This document shows, piece by piece, positions 1 through 11,700 of a stretch of 64,000 nucleotides of DNA. Both the position numbers and the translations under genes were made by a program. The notes under the pieces are model-generated. The model was not told the origin of the DNA. It was given only the letters and a program-made list of their open reading frames with translations, and made no database searches. Location: contig NW_024704743.1 in assembly GCF_018977255.1 (NCBI RefSeq), positions 2,606,001-2,670,000 of the forward strand. The letters run 5' to 3'. Numbering within the stretch: position 1 is the stretch's first letter; every line of letters begins with the position of its first letter. This stretch comes from Callorhinchus milii (lineage: Eukaryota).

Positions 1-613
1 ACCTATTCCTAGATCCCAACCTGAAGCCATCAGCGCTCTGGAGAGTCAGCCTAGGTTTGAAGCTCAAAATCCTGATGTGAGGCTTGAACCTACAACCTCT
101 GACTCAAAGGTAAGAGTATTACCATCTCCGGCTTCCACACCCACATCTGAGTCAGGGCTTATGGGTTAAGCAATGGTTCCACCAGTAGGGAGTGTGTCAG
201 CTGCAGGTAATTCCCAGTCTCTTGGTCATTCCTTTCAGCAGCTTTCATCCCAAGCCTCAGTCTCATCATCACCAATGTTTCGCCCACAAAATACACAGTC
301 AATTCACTTTACAGTGTATCTTATGAAACGCTTTGAGACGTCTCGAAGACGTGATGAGGCACTGTATCAAACGCCAGGATTATTATTGTGATATGAAGGA
401 TGTTGAGGGAACCTGTACAGGGCAATCACAATGTCAGTCACCTTGATGTTCTGGACTGCTGCAAATAAACATGTCCTCCATTAAGCCAATTCTGCCTCAA
501 TTTGAGCTGCTAAATTAATGCTGTATTTATCCTGAATGAGGTATCTGGTGTTGTCTCAGTAAGGTTACCATGGTGTCGTAATTGCAGTAAATTACTTCCC
601 AAAGCGAAAGGTC

Positions 614-1288
614 TTAATAATACTAATAATCCTTGCATTTGATATAGCGCTTTTCACATCTTCTCGACGTCCCAAAGCGCTTCACGGAATAATAATAATC
701 CTTGCATTTGATATAGCGCTTTTCACGTCGGGAGGACGTCCCAAAGCGCTTCACAGAACACACTGTAAAGTGAATTGACTGTATATTTGTGGGCGAACGC
801 GGCAGCCAATTGCGCACAGCAATGTCCCACAAGCAGTCGTAGATTGAAAATGGCCAAATTATTATTGTTTTTGGTTTTGGAGGGATTATTATTAAGCGTG
901 TGGAATCCTGTATCTCAGTGGTTAGAGCACTCGCTTTGCAAGCGAGAGACCTGGGTTCAATCCCAGGCAGAGGGCGAAACCTTGGGCAAGTTTCCTTACT
1001 CCACACACCAATAATCCTCCAAAACCCAAAACAATAATAAATTGGTCATTTTCAATCTACGACTGTTTGTGGGACATTGCTGTGCGCAATTGGCTGCCGC
1101 GTTCGCCCACAAATATACAGTCAATTCACGTTAGTGTGTTCTGTGAAGCACTTTGGGACATCCTCCCGATGTGAAAAGCGCTATATCAAATGCAAGGATT
1201 ATTATTATTATTAAGGAAACTTGCCCAAGGTTTCGCCCTCCCTGGAATTGAACTCAGGTCTCTCACTTGCAAAGAGAGTGCTCTAACC
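614..1288 (-). mobile_element. Short-type tRNA-derived SINE with a duplicated 3' tail, interrupted by a nested + strand copy
   Basis: Reverse-complement tail and body at 614-899 and reverse-complement tRNA head at 1213-1288. Confidence 0.85.
900..1212 (+). mobile_element. Full-length short-type tRNA-derived SINE nested in the - strand copy
   Basis: A-box/B-box head, body nearly identical to the copies at 27769, 37047 and 62139, (TTA)n tail. Confidence 0.9.
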
Positions 1289-1299
1289 TTCAGCAGAGA

Positions 1300-1665
1300 C
1301 CTGAAACTGAGAAGGGAGGGAGCGAGACGAAGAGAGTGAGGAAGGCAGTTCCAGAGCCTCGGGGCGTAGTGGCTGAAGGCACGGCCGCTGAGGGTGGAGC
1401 GGAGGACTCGGGGGACGAGAAGGATGCCAGACCCGGAGGAACGAAGGCAACGGGGGCTGGTTTGAGGAGAGAGGAGGTCAGAGAGGTTGGGGGGTACAGA
1501 GGAGTGGAGGGATTTGAATACGAGGGTGAGGGTAGGCAGCTAGTGCAGTCTGGCAAGGACTGGGGTGATCGGGGAGCGGAGTCTCGTGCGGGAGAGAATG
1601 TGGGCGGCAGAGTTCTGAATGAGTTGGATTTTATGGATGGCAGTGGATGGGAGACCGGCGACGAG
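1300..1665 (-). mobile_element. L2-clade LINE 3' fragment (boundaries approximate)
   Basis: The reverse strand reads IKSNSFRTLPPTFSRTRLRSPITPVLARLH-like L2 ORF2 C-terminal sequence, then a C-rich 3' region. Confidence 0.6.
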
Positions 1666-2303
1666 GTCTCACCTATTGTTTGATCCCTAATTCATCCTTA
1701 AAGCTCAATGCAATCAATCAATGTTTCCAGACCCTATCCCAGGACTAGCTTCCTCTTCCCCAGTGCCAGCCCATCACATTCTCTAGTGCCAGCCACACTA
1801 CCTTCCCCACTACCTCGATCTCTCCCATGGTAGCAGGATTTCTTCCAGTCTTGCTCAGTCCCGACCCCCTCAGTGTTTGAATGTGCATGAGCTAACTGAT
1901 CGGTGAGTTACAGTTTGAGTGTGCTGCGGAGGAAGCAAGATGTACCAGGATTCATGCTGGGAGACGAGGCAGGAGACGTTGAGATAGAGTGGGATAAGCA
2001 GGAGATGGGGTGAGGGCAGGGTGAGGGGTTGGTGTTCTGATCTGAAGTGAGTTGTTTCAAATGTTGTTTCAGTTAAGCTGGGAAAACTTCTGCATGTTGG
2101 CTAGTGTCACCCTGACCTGAACAAGGACAATCTTGATTATAAATATTTTGATTAGGCGACGGTTGCTTATGCTTGTGAGTCAGTCTGGAAAAGACTTGCA
2201 GAACTGCAATTGAGTTGAGTTGAAGAATTTCTGTTACCTATGTTGGGATGTCCTCCCGACGAGAAAGGCACTATACAAGTGTAATTTTGTTGTTGTTGTT
2301 GTT

Positions 2304-3712
2304 ATGTGGCACTTTGTCAAATGCCTTTTGAAAGTCCATATAAACCACATCAACTGCACTACCTTTATCCACCCTCTCCGTCACCTCATCGGAAAATTCT
2401 ATTAGATTTGTTAGACATTTCCTTTAACAAATCCGTGTTGGCTGTCCCTAATTAACCCATATTCTTTTAAGTGAAAATTTATTCTGTCCCGGATTATAGT
2501 CTCCAGGAGCTTCCCCACTACTGATGTTAGGCTGACTGGCCTGGAGGTCCCAGGTTTGTCCTTCTGTCCCTTTTTGTACAGGGGAGTCACATTGGCAAAA
2601 TACTCATTCAGCACATCAGCCATGACCTCTGCCTCCACAATATGATTTCCCCCTTGGACCTTATTTGGCCCCACCCTACCTTTGACTAGCCTTTTTTTCT
2701 TGATTTGCTTGTAAAATATTTTAGAATTCCCTTTAATGTTACCCACTAACCTTTTTTCGTATAATCTTTTTGCCCCTCTTATTTCCTTTTTCAAACCTCT
2801 TCTGCACTTCCTATATTCTATTTGGTTGTCTTCTGTATCTTGGGTTTGACATTTGTCATACGCCTCCTTTTTCTGCTTCATTCCAGATACAATTACCTTT
2901 GTCATCCAGGGAGGTTTGGAAGCCCTACTTTTCCGTTGTGGGAATGTATTTATTCTGTCCCTGTGCTATCTCATCCTTGAAGACTTCCCACTGCTCTTTA
3001 GTTGTTTTACCTGCCAATCTTTCTTTCCAGTCCACCTTGTCTCGGTCCCTTTTTAACTCACTGAAATTTGCACTCTTCCAGTTGAGTATCTTCACCTTAG
3101 ATGGTTCCTTGTCTCTTTCCATATGTACTCTGAATCTAATGATGTTATGATCACTATTGCCCAGATGCTCTCCCACTGAAACCTGCTCCATTTTACCCTA
3201 CTTCATTCCCCAGAACTAGATCCAGCACTGCTTCCTTCCTTGTTGGGCTGGAAACCTACTGATCAAGAAAGGTGTCCTGTATGCATTTTAGGAATATTCC
3301 CCCTCCTTGCCCTTTGCGCTGTTGTTTTGCCAGTCAATGTTGGGATAATTAAAGTCCCCCATTATCACGACTCTATTGGCCTTGCATCTGTCTGAGATCT
3401 GCTTGCAGATCTGCTCATCTATTTCCTTCCCACTATTTGGTGGTCTATAGTATACCCCTACCAGCGTAACAGCTCCTTTTTTGTTCCTGAACTCTAACCA
3501 GATAATTCCGTTTTGGGGCCCTTCAGCACCTCGACCCTTCCCACGGCTATAACCGTATCTTTGACTAACATTGCCACACCCTTCCTTTTTTTCCTTCCCT
3601 ATCCCTCCTGAATACATTATAGACAGGAATATTCAGCTCCCATTCCTGTCCTTGCTTGAGCCAAGTCTCTGTTACTGCTACAACATCGTATCCTCTTATG
3701 ACCACTTGAGCC
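2304..3712 (-). mobile_element. CR1 LINE ORF2 fragment (endonuclease through start of RT), frameshifted
   Basis: ORFs 3288-3617 (GVYYRPP, MGDFNYPNIDW), 2925-3191 (HLGNSDHN) and 2411-2905 (RPVSLTSVVGKLLE, SQHGFVKG) carry CR1 EN/RT motifs. Confidence 0.93.
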
Positions 3713-4007
3713 TGCATTGCTCCTGTTACCTATGTCCCCCTGTTCCACCACTCGGTTTATACTGTCCTGCCTGGAGATATCCATACAGTGCCTTATCACG
3801 TCTCCGAGATGTCTCAAAGCGCTTCACAGGGTAGACTGTGAAGTGAATTGACTGTATATTTTGTGGGCGAAATGCGGCAGCCGATCGCGCCCAGCAGGGT
3901 CCCCACGAACAGCAGCGTCCCCACAAACAGCCGCGGGTTGAGTGACCAGCGATCATGTTATATGCGTTTTGCCTGTAAAGCAAATGAGCTGTTAACCTTA
4001 ACGCGAA

Positions 4008-4160
4008 ACACTGCAGATGCTGGAAATCCGGGAACGCTCAGCAGGTCAGGCAGCATCTACGGAAAAAGTGTGTCAGCATCTAACGGAGAGAATGACTCAC
4101 TTTCTCCATAGATGCTGCCTGACCTGCTGAGTGGCCCCAGCGACGTCGGCTTTTGTTTGA
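4008..4160. repeat. Palindromic shark-type interspersed repeat remnant
   Basis: Arms CTCAGCAGGTCAGGCAGCATCT... (4037-4075) and ...AGATGCTGCCTGACCTGCTGAG (4093-4131). Confidence 0.75.
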
Positions 4161-4449
4161 GCTTTTATTCTTCAATGTACAAATAACTTTGTTCCCCCGT
4201 TATTGGGTAACATGACTATTATTTGGAGCTAAACGGAATAAGATGGTCTTTTCTGGCGACACCTTTTGTCCCAGTCTTCAACAAACTGATTAGATCGACT
4301 CCCTCACTGGCTGATAGCGGATGGCGGGGGGGCTGTGGGGTGTCAGGGTGCGGGGCAGCGGCGGCCATGGGGCTTGGCGTGGGGAGCGAGGGGGGGGGGG
4401 GTTGATGGCAGTGTGGTGAGGGGATGGCGCTGGTCCTTCTTAAGCTATC

Positions 4450-4950
4450 TCTCCCATCTCCCTGTCCCCCCTCTCCCCCACTCTCTCTCTCCCCCCTCCA
4501 GGTCCCCCCCTCTCCCCCATCCCCCACTCCCTCTCTCCCCCCTCTGTCCCCCCCCCCATCCCCCATTCCCTCTGTTCCACCCTCTCCCCCATCCCCCCCT
4601 CTCCCCACCCCTCTGCCCCCCCATCCCCTCTGCCCCCCATTCCCTCTGTCCCCCACTCACTGTCCCCCCCTCTCCCCCACTCTCTCTCTCCCCCCTCCAG
4701 GTCCCCCCCTCTCCCCACCCTCTGTCCCCCCCATCCCCCATTCCCTCTGTCCCCCACTCCCTGTCCCCCACTCCCCCCCCCCCACTCTTTGCCCCCCCCA
4801 CTCCCTGTCCCCCACTCCCCCCCCACTCTTGCCCCCCCCCACTCCCTGTCCCCCACTCCCCCCCCACTCTCTGCCCCCCCCACTCTCCCTGTCCCCACTC
4901 CCCTCCCCCCACCTCTCTCCTCCCCCTCTCTCCCCCCCACTCCCTCTGTC
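4450..4950. repeat. C-rich degenerate minisatellite / low-complexity tract
   Basis: Reiterated CCCCCACTCCCTGTCC- and CCCCATCCCC-type units. Confidence 0.9.
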
Positions 4951-4965
4951 TCACCATCTGAAAGA

Positions 4966-5060
4966 TCGCGGCGCCGCGTCACGGCGACGTCACAAAAGGG
5001 GGGGGAGGAGGAAGCGGAAGTGACGCGCGGGCGGGCGGGGCGGGGCGCGGGTTTGTGCGG
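4966..5060 (+). promoter_or_regulatory. DNAJB6: TATA-less CpG-rich promoter of DNAJB6
   Basis: Dense CpGs, CRE-like CGACGTCA (4985-4992), ETS-CRE composite CGGAAGTGACGC (5015-5026) and tandem GGGCGG GC boxes (~5028-5046), just upstream of a strong donor at 5201. Confidence 0.8.
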
Positions 5061-5200
5061 TGCGTGTGTCCCGGATGTGTCCAGACGGTTTCAGTCGGAG
5101 CAAAAACAACAACAACAACAGCGGCGGCGGCGGCGGCGCGAGAGACCAACTGCCACAGCCTCAGGGACAGCCTCAGCCTCGGCCACAGCCACAGCGGCAG
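5060..5200 (+). other. DNAJB6: DNAJB6 exon 1 (non-coding 5' UTR; start approximate)
   Basis: GC-rich segment with (CAA)n and (CGG)n runs ending at CAG|GTGAGA (donor 5201). Vertebrate DNAJB6 has a non-coding first exon. Confidence 0.7.
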
Positions 5201-5662
5201 GTGAGAGCCCGCGGCCCCCCCCACCCCCCCCACCCCGACACCCCCCACACCCCACCCTCACACTCCAATGGCGGCGCCACCACCGCCACCTTTCATCATC
5301 ATCATCATCATCAGATAATAATAATGTTATTAATAATAACGATCGCGTTCGCTCACACAGCGCCTCACAGGGTTTATACCCTCCCGCCCGCCCGCCCGGC
5401 CGGTCTGTCTGTCTGTCTGTCTGTCTGTCCCGCTATAAATATATATATATATATATCCCCCCCCCCGCGCCCCCTCCCCCACACACCCACCACAATAATA
5501 ACTTACTATTACCCGACGGTAATAGCGAATACCGATAAGGAAAAGGGAGAGGGGGAGAGAAGTGGGGGCAGAGCCGCCATCAGTTGCTCTCCATTATATG
5601 GGGCCACTCGGGATGTAGGCCGCGCCGAGCCCGGGCCGCCTGCTCTTTTGTCTCTTCTCCAA

Positions 5663-5970
5663 TCCCTCCCCCCCCTCTCCCTCTCTACCACAGCCCCCCC
5701 CTCCCTCCCTCTCTACCCCCCCCTCTCTCTCTACCCCCCCCCTCCCCCCCCTCTCCCTCCCCCTCTCTCCCTCCCTCCCTCCCCCCTTCCCTCTCTCCCC
5801 CCCCTTCCCTCTCTACCCCCCCTTCCCTCTCTCCCCCTCCCTCTCCCCCTCCCTCTCTCTCTCCCCCTCCCTCTCTCTCTCCCCCCCTCCCTCTCTCCTC
5901 CCCCCCTTCCCTCTCTCCCTCCCCCCCTTCCCTCTCTCCCCCCCCCCCCTTCCTCCATTCCCTCTCTCCG
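5663..5970. repeat. Polypyrimidine (C/T) low-complexity tract
   Basis: Almost pure CCCT/CTCT sequence. Confidence 0.9.
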
Positions 5971-7236
5971 TTTGTACAGAGGGAGGAGGGAGAAAAGAGA
6001 GGGATTTGTGGACGAGGAGAGTGGTCTCTCTCTCTCTCTCTCGACAATGTGAGGGGTACACCCATTCATATTATTTTTGGGGTGGGGGGGGGGAAGGAAA
6101 GAAAAATATAATAATACTAATCCTAATAATCCTTGCATTTTGATATAGCGCTTTTCACCTCTTCGAGACGTCTCAAAGCGCTTCACAGAATAGACTGTAA
6201 AGTGAATTGACTGTATATTTGTGGGCGAATAAATGATCCGTGTCGGTTTAGCCTGAAAGGGAAGAGTACTCCCCAGGGATTAGAGGTGGCTTTAGATGAG
6301 GAAAATTATTCTGCAGAGGTGGGGGTGGGGGGGAGAGTGATCCTGAAATTGGTTTGAAAAGACTGTTATGTAAGTTTCACTGCACTTGAAGTGTAGGAGA
6401 GTAGTTTCTGAATTTGTGGGAGGAGGTGGAGAGAGATCTCAGCTGATAATGTGGCTGAATAACCAGAAAGCTTGGTTATTTTGCATTTTTGTTTCAGCTG
6501 ACTTCCTCCCACATCGCTCGCTCGCGCACACATACCACTGTCATCTCCTTAAGTATAACGGGTCATTGAAGCACGTTTGATGATGGCATCTCAGCCCCAT
6601 TTTTTTTCTCTAGTTTTGTCCACGTGTTCAAATCAATTCCTCATAAAGCAGTTATTTTATGCTGTGAATTGTACAGTTTTGATTGCAAACTTATGCTGGA
6701 CCGAAAAAAAATTACCGAGTCCTGCAGAGATGCCAAATGTGTTACAAATATTGCAGTATCAGATTTTAACAACAAATTGCATTTATTTAGTGTCAGGAGG
6801 GCGTTTAAATCAGAAGATCATCAGCAGCTTGCATTTAAGTAGCGCCCTTCAACATAGCATTGTGTCTCAGAGCGCTGCAGCTTCAGACAAAGAAGGCCTT
6901 TTGGCGTTTTGATCTCATCCACTAGAATACTAACCCATTATAACATTAAAGCCTCCTTGGCTTCACCAACCTTCCTAGTAACCAATTCAATTGTTAGTTA
7001 TCCTCTGTGTAAACACAATGTTTTATTTTTTGTTTATTGGTGTTGGGTTTTAATAACATAAAGAATAGAATAATACTGCATTGGTACCAATCTTCCATGA
7101 TGTATATTTCTCAAAGACCAAGTACCTGCTACTCTACATTTTACTCAGTACATTTAGTGAATTCAAATGTCCCAATGTACATTATGTCCCATATTTTATA
7201 AACTAAATAACCATGAAAGCTGAGACTCAGCTCCAA

Positions 7237-7601
7237 TCTATACTAATAAAGGCAAAGTGTCTGTATGTCTGTCTGTGTATCCACCAATAACGCAATAACT
7301 GATTGATGTAGAGACATGATTTATAACTCATCGAAAAGGTCTTGCATGTGTGTGTCATGGGCATTTTTTTGGGGGGGAATCTCCTATCATTGATGAGCTA
7401 TATTTAAAAAAATGCTTTAATTAAACCCCAAAATATGAGGTATGCATGGTTTCTGCAACAAAGTAGTCACAGAGGAAAGCACACGCCTTTCCAGAGAGAT
7501 AAATCTATACTAATATATTCTGTAACAAATGTATGGCAGTTTTTTTTGCCTTGCAATAACTTGAGGACCTGCCGGATCACACAGCGAACCCCTTTGGTTA
7601 G
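7237..7601 (+). mobile_element. Candidate non-autonomous Helitron
   Basis: A|TCTATACTAATAAA 5' end, GTCT-type microsatellite, decayed subterminal hairpin (7570-7586), TTAG|T 3' end. Confidence 0.55.
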
Positions 7602-7615
7602 TGTAGCTTTGATAG

Positions 7616-7761
7616 GAGTCCTCCCAAAGTGAGTCCTCCCAAAGGGAGTCTTCCCAAAGGGAGTCTTCCCAAAGGGAGTCTTCCCAAAGGGAGTCTTCCC
7701 AAAGGGAGTCCTCCCAAAGGGAGTCCTCCCAAAGGGAGTCCTCCCAAAGGGAGTCCTCCCA
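7616..7761. repeat. 15-bp minisatellite (GAGTCYTCCCAAAGG) x ~9.7
   Basis: Directly visible tandem units. Confidence 0.98.
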
Positions 7762-8377
7762 GCTGAGTATAGATAAAGACAAAATATCTATTTAGGTGTC
7801 AATCTACATTCCATATTGGATCCTTTGCTTGCAAGTGAAGCTGCAATGGGTATTTCTCTCTAGTAACCTAATAAAAGACCTTAGACCTTAAGGTCTTCTT
7901 TCACTGAGCAAATTCTCAAGTTCTTATTCTGTTATGAAATAATATCTCGGGATACAATATATAGTTTGGGACACGACGTGTCTTGCGACTGCCAGGATGG
8001 TGGATGGCGAACTGGATGGACCTTGTTCTTCTTTCACCCAGCAAATTCTTACGTTCTTATCAAACTCCAACGTTACTCCCTTTTGGTGTATTTCAAAATT
8101 TGAGTTAAACCGATCAATCAGAAAAATAAATACTGTTATCTCTCCTAAATGCTGTTATCTGCTTCTAGTGCAGTCTTTGCCACTTCTGTCAACATATGCA
8201 GCTGCAAAGTGAGAGACGGTTATTCCCTTTAGATTATCTGGCTCATTCCTTGGTATGTAGCAGTAACATGGCTGACAAGGACCTTGTAATATATACATTG
8301 TTTTTTTGTGTCCTGTACATATTTAAATAATCAAGAAAGGAACTCAAACAGTGTAATTAAAAGTATCCAACCGGTAT

Positions 8378-8709
8378 AATAATCCTTGCATTTGATATAG
8401 CGCCATATCGCTGCATCTCAAAGCGCTTCATAGAATATAGGGTAAAGTGAATTGATGCGGCAGCCAATTGTGCACAGCAGTGTCCCACAAACAGTCGTGG
8501 ATTGAGTGACAATATTTTTTTAAGTGATTATTACCCCTGGAAAAGTAATCCGCCAATCGACTAACAACCAAGATCCCTACTTACTGCTAGGTAACCAGAG
8601 GTTCGAGGAGTAAGGAAACTTTCCTAAGGTTTCACCCTATTAGGGAATCGAACCTGGGTTCTCTCGATTGTGAGGTGAGTGTGCTAACCAATACACTACA
8701 GGACTCCAC
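8378..8709 (-). mobile_element. Long-type tRNA-derived SINE
   Basis: Reverse-complement tail at 8378 through head CTACAGGACTCCAC at ~8709. Confidence 0.85.
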
Positions 8710-11700
8710 AAATTGCTCAGTGTACTCAGGTGTAATGTTTTGCGATCTTTGATTTAAATTATGCATTTTTTAAAATATTAGTCAGGCATTCTTGGCAATT
8801 CAGTGGATTACTGTAATGTGATTTTTGTCAGTCAAGTCATGATCCACAAAAGCTTTGAAAGTGTAGGAGGACAGCACTTCCTGAAGCCCATAAAGGTTAC
8901 AACCGCAACCAAAATCAAAGTTGACTATTGGGCAGACATTTATGTTCTGGTGCTGCAAATACATGTTAAGTATTAGTTAAGGAGCTTGAATCAGCATGGC
9001 AGAGTGCAATGAGATTACATACTGGGCACATTTTTTCAAAATTGCAGCAAAATTCTTTTGGTGATTATTCACTGGCAGAGTTGTTAAGTTTAAGAGAGGT
9101 AGGTTAAAAAGTCCTGTAACTTAGCGGTTAGAGCACTCGCCTTGCAAAGTGAGATGATTTGGGTAAGCAATTGGCTGACGCGTTTCGCCCACAAAATATA
9201 CAGACAATTCACTTTACAGTCTCTTCTGTGAAGCGCATTGAGACATCTCAACAATGTGTTAAGGTGCTTTATCCTGACCCAACTGTCCAGTGCCTTGAGA
9301 ACTTCCTCCCGACGTGAAAGGCACTCTATAAATGAAATCTTGTTGTTGTTGTATATGTAAAGATTGTTATAGCCTGATCTCCATTTTTGTATGCGTTTTC
9401 ATAGTTTTGACCCGTGTTTGATAGTGAATATTAAAGTTTTGAGCTTACATAATGCTTATAAAAACGTTCAAAGATTGTATGTGGTAGCCACAGTTTCATG
9501 ATATTGGGATTTAGAAGATCTTCAAAATGCCTCTTGTGATGCATGATGTGGATGAACGTGTGCATCATTTGGTTTGAGATGTAATATCAATCGTACTTGT
9601 AAGAAGTTTAACAGCTGCAGGTAATCCACCAAGATAACTTTGCAAGGATGTCTTACATCAGCTCAGATCTGTTGACATGCCCTAGTGTATATCTGAGGTA
9701 CTGATGCATGCCATCCCAGGCTTTTAAGAGCAACTCCAACATGATTTGATTCTGTTTGAAGAAGACTGTGATATTGTTATGAGTGTTGTCACATGGCCTG
9801 TTCATACTGACTCAAGACAGCTGAGATGATTTGGCTTGGACCTGAAGCCAGGTGTCTCAGTCAGCATGAGTAAATGACTGGCATCTAATAGTTCTGAATC
9901 TCTCAATGGGATGAGTTCCACTTTAGTACCACTGTGACTGGCAACAAGGGATCCATCTGGATTTTATTGGTTGAGATTGGTCCCATAAATAACAGCATCT
10001 TCAATATGTTATTGAAAGGGTTCAAGTACCAGTTACAGCTTTGGGTTTTCCTTTATTTTGACACACGGGGTCAGATAAATGCACATTCAATTGCCTCTAT
10101 CTGCCTGGACAGCAAGACTTCCAAGCATGTTGTAATGATTTGCATCACAACAGAAAAGACACAGATGTACAGAGACCTTGTCGGCTCCTTACAGTTAAAG
10201 TCTGCTTCATTCTGATCAACAGAGGCTCATATCTTAACTGGTAATTCTGGCAGAAGAGAGTGACCAACAAGATTCCTGAGTCCGATCTTTCGTGTTTGTG
10301 ATTTGTTTTGTTGGACTGGTTATAGAGTCCTTAACCAGATTAGATTTATCAGAATATTCTTCACATCATTCTCAGCACTTCAGCGGGTGGGTAGCCTAAC
10401 CCAGATCTTTCATGTGCTTCCTTTCACATTGAAGTTTAAAATGCGATCTTCTCCCTCTGGGTTGGTGCAGCGTTCCTGCAGTTTGCTGTGACTTGCTTGC
10501 AAGGTATTTTTGCGATTCAGAGTTCTATTTTATCAACAAATTCTGCCTTTTTTAATTGGTTATTTGTGGGACATTGCTGTAGGCAAATTAGATGCCGAGT
10601 CCAGAAACTACAAAAGAGTCACTACGTTCAATTGTAAATCCTGTGAAGTGCTTTGAGACACCCTCTTGAAATGAAAGGCACTATATTTAATATAACGATT
10701 GTTATTCTTCGTGTGTATTTTTTTCCCATTGGCATATATGCCTTTGCTCCTGGTCATTGCAACAGTGGCACACACCGCCAGCATTGCACTGGAGTGCTAG
10801 AGTAGACTGTAAGATCAAAGTCTTGATGTGATGGATTTGGAAATGAGTGTATGAGGCTAACACTACTATGTCCAATCCTTTGGATGAAACGTTAAGCCTA
10901 TCTGCTTGCTCAGGTTGATGTTAAAGATCATATGGCATTATTCAAAAAGAGAAGTGAGTCTCTCCTGGTGTCCAAGCTTACAGTCCCTCAAATAAAATTG
11001 GTTCACTCACTCCGTCTGTTTGTGACACATAGCTAGCTGTCTGCCGTGTTTCGCCCCCAATATACGGTCAATCTACTTTACAATATATTCTGTGAAGCAC
11101 GTTGAGATGTCTCAACGACATGATAAGGCACTATATCAAATGCAAGGATTGTTATTCAGTTTGTTCCTATTTATACCAACTGCTCTGCTGAAGTAAAGCA
11201 CTCTTTGAGTTATTCCAGTGTAAATCATGGATCAATATTCAGTGTTCATCTCTTGGTTCTTAGTACTGAGAACGTCTCTATGTCCAAGTTTACATACTCA
11301 GGGATATATTGACATCTTTACATTCAAATGTTTTTAGAATGCTTTTGATATACTTATTGTCTGAGCTGGTAACTAACTCTGTTTCTATGTTGTTAGTGAT
11401 GTCTATTTATAGCAACTGTTTCCCAGTTGTGCGAACACTTTAGCTGGGCAATCTATTCAAATGTCTTGTATACATCACTAACCTCAGTGAATTGAAGCAT
11501 TGCAGCCTAAATTTGACAGGTCCTTGGTCAAACATTTTATTGAGCCAATAATATCTTTTTGACCACTTCCTTACCATCCATTCACTTTTTTTAGGTCAGG
11601 CAATGTCTGTTCTCTCCATTCTACATCGTGAAAACTGTAGTAACCTTGTAGATTAGTCCTTAAGACCATGGGATGGGAGTTTCTTTTATCTTTTCCAGCA

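Noticed and set aside
4219..6186. Many long overlapping ORFs (up to 330 aa) rich in Pro/Gly/Arg
   Set aside because: They arise from stop-poor low-complexity C/G tracts and the CpG island, are open in several frames and have no domain signature.
7510..7782. (WEDSL)n repeat protein, or a CRISPR-like array
   Set aside because: Pure 15-bp tandem repeat with no spacers, in a vertebrate intron.
7960..8058. Inverted match to 50697-50790
   Set aside because: Both are 3' UTR fragments of a CR1-type family with a TTCTTA(C/T)G tail, an ordinary dispersed repeat.
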